This document shows, piece by piece, positions 58,860-64,000 of a stretch of 64,000 bases of DNA. Source of the DNA: Bacteroidales bacterium. Lineage in GTDB: Bacteria; Bacteroidota; Bacteroidia; Bacteroidales; WRLA01. The DNA is taken from positions 1,660,555 through 1,724,554 of the forward strand of contig OY781097.1 of assembly GCA_963676415.1 (NCBI GenBank), given 5' to 3'. The first letter of the stretch is position 1. Each line of letters opens with the position of its first letter. The notes under the pieces are model-generated. The model made no database searches. It saw only the letters and a list, made by a program, of their open reading frames with translations, and was not told where the DNA came from. The position numbers and the translations under genes are program-made.

Positions 58860-61064
58860 CTACTTTTCCAGTCCATCCAAAAGCTTGCGCACGTCCGAAA
58901 CGCCACCCAGATAATACTTTGCCGCTGTAGATTTTGTGCCCACTTTTATGGTTTCTGCAGTTTTAGGGAGTGACTTGAACGTATATTCGTCTGTCCAGTC
59001 ATCGCCAATGGCAAGCATAAAATCAAAGTGGTCGTCAGCGATTTTATTCAAAGCGGCACGTCCTTTATTGATGCCGGCATTTTTGATTTCAATGACTTTA
59101 TCGCCATCCATAATTTCCAGGTTCAAATTGGCGATATAGTTTTTGAGGTCTTCTTTCAGTTCCCAGGCACGTTGTTGGCCCATATCGGGATCGGCATGGC
59201 GGTAATGCCAGACTAATGAGTAGTTTTTGTACTCGATAAAGGTGCGGGGCGTGCGGTCAACATAATTTTGCAAGAGCGGCTCAATCACTTCCATCCAGTC
59301 TTTCTCAATTTGGTTCGTCATGCCCCAATCGCCATCGGGATTTTTATGCCAAACGCCATGCTCGGCAATAAACGCCATACGCGGATAATCTTGAAACCAT
59401 TCCGAAAGCGTTTCTTTATCGCGCCCGCTGATGATTACCAGGGTGTTTTCTTGCGGCTGCAGCAGTTTCTCAACGATCTTGTACAGTTCATCATCCGGTT
59501 TTGCCATTTGCGGATCATTGTGGAACCCGGTTAAAGTACCATCATAATCAAGGAAAATGATGCGCTTTGCCGCTTTATGGTATTTTTCTTTCAGCTGCGC
59601 TTCTATTTGAGCATCCAGTTTTTTGGTAAAATGTGTTTTTTGCAATTTGCGGACATCCTGAAGGCCGCTGATAAAATCGCCCGTCCAGCGGATGTCGTTA
59701 TAGATTTCCAGTCTTTTTTGCAAAACGTTCATGCGCTCTTTTTGCTCATTTAAAGGCATATTTAAAGCACGGAAAATGGTTTCGGCAACTTCCAGTCGGT
59801 TGTTGGGGTTTACAATCAGGGATTCTCCAAGCTCTTTTGCTGCTCCGGCCATCTCGCTGATTATCAGTACTCCATCCTGGCTGGTGCGGCACGCAATATA
59901 TTCTTTTGCGTTGAGGTTCATCCCATCGCGCGTGGGCGTAATCAGTGCAATATCTGCATGGCTGTACAATTCGGTGCGCTCCTGGCGCGATACCGGATGA
60001 TAAAAATACCAGATCGGCATCCAGTTAATTTGCCCATAACGCCCGTTGATGCGGCCAACAAGCTCTTCCAGCTGACGTTTCAGCTTTTTGTATTCGCTGA
60101 TTTTCTCCCGCGAGGGCTCAACATAAAGGAAGAGGCTGACTTTTTGAAGATATACCGGATGTAGGTTCAGGAACATTTCAAAAGACTTGATGCGGTCTTT
60201 CAGGCCTTTGGTATAATCCAGGCGGTCAATGGAAAGAATGATTTTTCGGCCGGATCCTCTGCGGTGAAACTCCTCAAATGCCTGTCCGATTTCCGTTTTT
60301 TCTGTTTTATGTGCTAATTCCCGTGAGCTTTCATGAAAAAATTTATAATCAATTCCTTTTGGAAAAGCATCCACTTTTACTATACGTTCATCAAGCCTGA
60401 TGCGGTTGAAAATGGTTTCATAGCCCAGAAGCCTGCGCACCGAGCTCATAAAATGCCGCTGGTAATCATAAATATGAAAACCAATTAGGTCAGAGGCCAA
60501 TATGCCGTTGAGCAATTCCATGCGCCAGGGCAGAAGCCTGAATACCTCAAAAGATGGAAACGGAATATGCTGAAAATATCCAATAGACATTTTTGGAAAT
60601 TTTTTCCGTAAAAAGAGAGGGACCAGCATCAAATGATAATCATGAACCCACACCACATCATCTTCTTTGGCAAATTTTGTGATGATATCAGCATAAATCT
60701 CATTTACCTGCCGGAATGATTCCCATTGTGCCGTATCGAAACTGGCAAATTGTGTGAAATAATTGAACAAAGGCCACAGCGTATGGTCGCAGAATCCTTC
60801 CAGAAAGCTGTTGCGCAGTTCTTTGTCTATATAAACCGGAATGCAATTCTCCTGACGGAATTTGCTGTCGAGGCGGATTTTTTCGGTTTCGCTGATTTCA
60901 TCAATATTTTTGCCCGGGCGCCCGATCCATTTTATATCATATTCTTCGTGAAAAGCCTGTAATCCGTTTTCAAACCCCCGGGGACGGTGTATTAATTCTT
61001 TTTTGTCATCTGTTTGCCGGATTTCAATAGGTAAGCGGTTGGAAACAACGAACAGTCTTTTCAT
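58860..61064 (-). CDS. Bifunctional trehalose-6-phosphate synthase / trehalose-phosphatase fusion
   Basis: 734 aa. The N-terminal GT20 region reads RLFVVSNRLP...WVHDYHLMLVP. The C-terminal HAD phosphatase region reads IIFLDYDGTL ... AIGDDWTDE. Confidence 0.9.
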   Translation of the reverse strand: MKRLFVVSNRLPIEIRQTDDKKELIHRPRGFENGLQAFHEEYDIKWIGRPGKNIDEISETEKIRLDSKFRQENCIPVYIDKELRNSFLEGFCDHTLWPLFNYFTQFASFDTAQWESFRQVNEIYADIITKFAKEDDVVWVHDYHLMLVPLFLRKKFPKMSIGYFQHIPFPSFEVFRLLPWRMELLNGILASDLIGFHIYDYQRHFMSSVRRLLGYETIFNRIRLDERIVKVDAFPKGIDYKFFHESSRELAHKTEKTEIGQAFEEFHRRGSGRKIILSIDRLDYTKGLKDRIKSFEMFLNLHPVYLQKVSLFLYVEPSREKISEYKKLKRQLEELVGRINGRYGQINWMPIWYFYHPVSRQERTELYSHADIALITPTRDGMNLNAKEYIACRTSQDGVLIISEMAGAAKELGESLIVNPNNRLEVAETIFRALNMPLNEQKERMNVLQKRLEIYNDIRWTGDFISGLQDVRKLQKTHFTKKLDAQIEAQLKEKYHKAAKRIIFLDYDGTLTGFHNDPQMAKPDDELYKIVEKLLQPQENTLVIISGRDKETLSEWFQDYPRMAFIAEHGVWHKNPDGDWGMTNQIEKDWMEVIEPLLQNYVDRTPRTFIEYKNYSLVWHYRHADPDMGQQRAWELKEDLKNYIANLNLEIMDGDKVIEIKNAGINKGRAALNKIADDHFDFMLAIGDDWTDEYTFKSLPKTAETIKVGTKSTAAKYYLGGVSDVRKLLDGLEK

Positions 61065-61092
61065 AGTCTTTTCCTCTTTCTTTTGTTCGGTG

Positions 61093-61100
61093 CAAAGATA
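61093..61100 (-). promoter_or_regulatory. -7 box (TAtcTTTG on the minus strand) for the trehalose gene
   Basis: The reverse complement of caaagata is TATCTTTG, 29 nt upstream of the ATG at 61064. Confidence 0.5.
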
Positions 61101-61163
61101 TTGATTTCTTACCGGATGTTTGAATATGCGTCTTTTTGCGCATGTTTATTCATAAAATAATAA

Positions 61164-61194
61164 TATCCCCTGCCCCACGGAAGAGCAGGGGATA
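61164..61194 (-). terminator. Terminator of ssb
   Basis: Stem tatcccctgc/gcaggggata (10 bp, 11-nt loop), T-rich on the minus strand afterwards. Confidence 0.7.
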
Positions 61195-61214
61195 CTCAGA
61201 ATTTGGGAGGTTTT

Positions 61215-61559
61215 TCAGGATGCGGCTTTGCGCTGCGTCAGGAAAAATTCGTTCATCTGTACTTCAGTAGTGAAGCGTTTGTTCCCATCCTTGTCTTCCC
61301 AGCTGCGGTTTACGAGCTTACCTTCGAGCAACACTTCCTGTCCTTTTTGGAGCAGTTTTTCGGTAAGGTTGGCCAGTGGCCCCCATGCCACCACCTGATG
61401 CCATTGCGACTGATCTACCCATTCTCCGCGCTTGTTTTTATATCCTTCGGATGTGGCGAGCGAGAAACGCGCAACTTTATTGTCTTGTCCGAATGTTGAA
61501 ATTTTAGGATCTCCGCCCAGGCGGCCAATGAGTTGAACTTTGTTAACGAGTGCATTCAT
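61215..61559 (-). CDS. ssb: Single-stranded DNA-binding protein, short form without an acidic C-terminal tip
   Basis: 114 aa. The OB fold reads MNALVNKVQLIGRLGGDPK...WHQVVAWG...EGKLVNRSWEDKDG. It ends ...LTQRKAAS with no DDxPF-type tail. Confidence 0.9.
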   Translation of the reverse strand: MNALVNKVQLIGRLGGDPKISTFGQDNKVARFSLATSEGYKNKRGEWVDQSQWHQVVAWGPLANLTEKLLQKGQEVLLEGKLVNRSWEDKDGNKRFTTEVQMNEFFLTQRKAAS

Positions 61560-61786
61560 GATGTTGAAATTTTAAATGAATAATTTTTGTTGAACGATCT
61601 GCTGCAAAACTACAGCGGCCCAACAGCCCGACTCGGTTTTTACTCATTTGCTTGTGTTTGCAGTTGTTTGCACACGTTTGTTAACGGGTAATGTTATGTA
61701 AAACAGCGTAATAAGATATTCCAAACTTTCCAGGAATTTGTTTGATTTTTTTAGATTTTCTGTCTATTCCGATTAATCTTTCGGCA

Positions 61787-61898
61787 GATAAAGCCATTAT
61801 AACCATTTAGTTTGGCTTTATCTCTAAAATTTTCATAGATAAAGCCAAATAAAACACTTTATCTGGCTTCATCTATTTAAAATAGCGACATAAAGCCA
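61787..61898. repeat. Tandem (51-bp period) palindromic units GATAAAGCCA-N16-TGGCTT(T/C)ATC, 2.2 copies
   Basis: Unit 1 arms are 61787-61796 and 61813-61822 (perfect 10-bp arms). Unit 2 arms are 61838-61847 and 61864-61873 (one mismatch). A third half-site, CATAAAGCCA, lies at 61889-61898. Confidence 0.8.
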
Positions 61899-61940
61899 TC
61901 TCGGTTTTTATTTTATACTTTTGGAGAAAACACAGGACTC

Positions 61941-62696
61941 ATGAAAAAGTGCGCTGTCATCCTGTTTGTAATGATGTTTATTCCTGTTCTGATAAAAAGC
62001 CAGGACAAAGTTGAATTGAAGGTCCCGACCGTTCAGGAAGAAGCTCAGTATGTTTGGATGAACCTGAAAGACATCAGTTTTTTTGATCAAAACAATTACC
62101 AGCTAAGCTGGCCCGATGGCGATTTTATGAATGGATTGCTGCTTAAATCCCGCAATCATCAGTTGTCGGGCGCTGATTATGATTTGCTTTTAAGCGAGAT
62201 GGCGCAAAAGATTTATCAAAAGGAGGACTATCAGGAAGCATTTCAAAAAATTGAGGAGCAGTTCCCTTTCATCAACGAAATGATTTCGGAATTACCTGAT
62301 AGCATGGGTGTTGTTGATTTTAGAAATTTTCCTTTTTATGAAGTGAAGCTGACCCTTTATGGGCCGGGAGGAAGTTACAATCCGCAAAAAGGAAGCCTTT
62401 TATTGTTTGCTACCAAAGAGGGCGATTTTAAAATGTACACGAATCCGGCCTATACGATTATTCATGAAATTGTGCATATGGGCATTGAGGAATCATTGAT
62501 TCAAAAGTACAATGTGCCTCATGCTTTGAAAGAGCGTATTGTCGATAGTTTTGTTTTGCTGTATTTTGGCGACAAGCTTCAGGGCTATAAAAAGCAGGAG
62601 ATGGGCTGGGGAAATCTGGATCGCTATTTAAAAAGTAAAGATGATCTGGCGAGGCTGCCTGAGATTCTTCAGGAAATACGTGCTGAGGAAAAATAA
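61941..62696 (+). CDS. Hypothetical secreted protein with an HExxH motif
   Basis: 251 aa with a signal peptide (MKKCAVILFVMMFIPVLIKSQ). IIHEIVHMGIEE suggests a zinc metallopeptidase-like site. I recognise no family. Confidence 0.5.
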   Translation: MKKCAVILFVMMFIPVLIKSQDKVELKVPTVQEEAQYVWMNLKDISFFDQNNYQLSWPDGDFMNGLLLKSRNHQLSGADYDLLLSEMAQKIYQKEDYQEAFQKIEEQFPFINEMISELPDSMGVVDFRNFPFYEVKLTLYGPGGSYNPQKGSLLLFATKEGDFKMYTNPAYTIIHEIVHMGIEESLIQKYNVPHALKERIVDSFVLLYFGDKLQGYKKQEMGWGNLDRYLKSKDDLARLPEILQEIRAEEK

Positions 62697-62732
62697 AAAA
62701 GCCTGCCTCATAATTGAAACAGGCTGATTTTG

Positions 62733-62803
62733 AGGTCACGAGCGGATTCGAACCGCTGTACAAGGTTTTGCAGACCTCTGCCTAACCGCTCGGCCACGTG
62801 ACC
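62733..62803 (-). tRNA. tRNA-Cys (anticodon GCA)
   Basis: The reverse complement GGTCACGTGGCCGAGCGGTTAGGCAGAGGTCTGCAAAACCTTGTACAGCGGTTCGAATCCGCTCGTGACCT folds as a cloverleaf. The anticodon loop is CTGCAAA, the T-loop is TTCGAAT, and CCA is not encoded. Confidence 0.9.
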
Positions 62804-62932
62804 AAATTGGGCGGCAAAGATAGAAAATATTTGCAAAAAGCAAAAATAAATACTCTTTTCTGCCATTTTTCAAGTATTCTTCGGGGCGAATTCCTAATTT
62901 TGGGCTTTTATTTTATAGATAAATAAATAACT

Positions 62933-64000
62933 ATGTCAGATAAGGATAAAAATGCTGCAGAAGAAGCTGCCGAAGGAAAATCGAAAACGAATTTTATCGA
63001 AGCCATCATCAATGAAGAGATTAAAGAGGGAAAGCATGAAGGCCGTGTTCATACACGTTTTCCGCCTGAGCCAAATGGTTATCTTCATATTGGTCATGCC
63101 AAAGCAATTTGCCTGAGTTTTGGAATTGCTCAAAAATATAAGGGTAAATGCAATCTCCGTTTTGATGATACAAACCCCAGTAAGGAAGAAACAGAATATG
63201 TTGAGTCCATTAAAGAAGATGTAAAATGGCTTGGTTTCCAATGGGATGAGGAGCATTTTACTTCTGATTATTTTGATCAGCTCTATGAATGGGCAGAAAA
63301 AATGATCCTCGACGGCAAAGCTTATGTAGATGACCAGTCGGCAGAAGAAATTGCAGCACAAAAAGGTACGCCAACCAAGGCCGGTATTGAAAGCCCGTAC
63401 CGCAACCGTACTCCTGAAGAAAACCTTCGGCTGTTCCGCGATATGAGAGCCGGAAAATATAAGGAAGGCGAAAAAGTTTTACGTGCAAAAATCGATATGG
63501 CAGCAGCAAATATGCACCTGCGCGATCCGCTGATGTACCGAATAATGCACAAAGAGCATCACCGCACAGCAGATAAATGGTGCATTTACCCAATGTACGA
63601 CTATGCCCACGGACAATCTGATTATATCGAGAAAATTACCAATTCGCTTTGTACTTTGGAGTTTGAAGTGCACCGCCCGCTTTATGATTGGTTTCTCGAT
63701 CAATTGGTGGAAGATGAACATTACCGCCCTCGTCAAACCGAATTTGCCCGCCTGAACCTCAGCTATACAGTGATGAGTAAGCGAAAGCTGCTCCAGTTGG
63801 TGAAAGAAAATTATGTGAATGGCTGGGACGATCCGCGTATGCCAACAGTATCAGGGATGCGCCGCCGCGGTTATACGCCAGGGAGCCTCAGAAACTTTGC
63901 CGACACAATCGGAATTGCAAAACGAGATAATGTAATTGATGTGGCTTTGCTCGAACATGCGGTCCGTGAAGATTTGAATAAAGTTGCTCCGCGTGTATTT
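62933..64000 (+). CDS. glnS: Glutamine--tRNA ligase, N-terminal 356 codons (continues past the right edge)
   Basis: Absent from the ORF track because there is no stop in the window. It reads [64 protein letters not shown]...NLRFDDTNP...VMSKRKL (HIGH and MSK motifs). Confidence 0.9.
   Translation, partial: MSDKDKNAAEEAAEGKSKTNFIEAIINEEIKEGKHEGRVHTRFPPEPNGYLHIGHAKAICLSFGIAQKYKGKCNLRFDDTNPSKEETEYVESIKEDVKWLGFQWDEEHFTSDYFDQLYEWAEKMILDGKAYVDDQSAEEIAAQKGTPTKAGIESPYRNRTPEENLRLFRDMRAGKYKEGEKVLRAKIDMAAANMHLRDPLMYRIMHKEHHRTADKWCIYPMYDYAHGQSDYIEKITNSLCTLEFEVHRPLYDWFLDQLVEDEHYRPRQTEFARLNLSYTVMSKRKLLQLVKENYVNGWDDPRMPTVSGMRRRGYTPGSLRNFADTIGIAKRDNVIDVALLEHAVREDLNKVAPRVF

Noticed and set aside
1-64000. CRISPR arrays, cas genes, restriction-modification, toxin-antitoxin pairs, retron or reverse-transcriptase genes, prophage or integrase genes
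   Set aside because: I looked in all intergenic gaps and among unassigned ORFs. I found no regularly spaced 25-40-bp repeats, no recognisable nuclease/methylase or RT motifs, and no integrase. The only defence-flavoured gene is the AAA+/DUF4143 ATPase, reported with caveats.

Overview
This 64 kb window looks like a chromosomal segment of an anaerobic Bacteroidota-type genome. Supporting signs are four secreted proteins ending in T9SS C-terminal sorting domains, TAnnTTTG -7 promoter boxes, several LytTR regulators, a PPi-type phosphofructokinase and [FeFe]-hydrogenases. I call about 45 protein genes, including three the ORF track missed: two edge-truncated genes (1..848 minus, glnS 62933..64000 plus) and a 29-aa basic micro-ORF. 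I also call 2 tRNAs (Gly-CCC, Cys-GCA), one decayed IS200-type tnpA, and a set of intrinsic terminators. Most content is housekeeping (rnc-fabF-acpP, mutY, HU, rng, trpS, tadA, ssb, otsAB fusion, glnS) or secreted or periplasmic peptidases (S41, S46, S8, M1, M19). I found no CRISPR array, no intact mobile element and no named defence system. Six things seem worth a second look. (1) A tightly coupled five-gene operon encodes ferredoxin, a PAS-containing sensory-type [FeFe]-hydrogenase, a PP2C phosphatase, a second ferredoxin and a group-B-like [FeFe]-hydrogenase, with no kinase or phospho-target nearby. (2) A 60-bp duplication of the rnc 3' end plus terminator brackets a 434-bp ORF-less insert that folds into a roughly 140-nt hairpin. 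(3) Six GGGATAAA motifs phased at about 20 bp lie in the divergent promoter region of an orphan membrane-fused LytTR regulator. (4) A palindromic repeat family, GATAAAGCCA-N16-TGGCTTTATC, sits tandemly next to ssb and has related copies at two other intergenic sites that bracket gene modules. (5) An AAA+/DUF4143 ATPase gene is flanked by a 13-bp direct repeat. (6) A 29-aa ORF resembles the mS38/AURKAIP1 C-terminal motif. All functional readings come from motif recognition by eye. No database search was possible.
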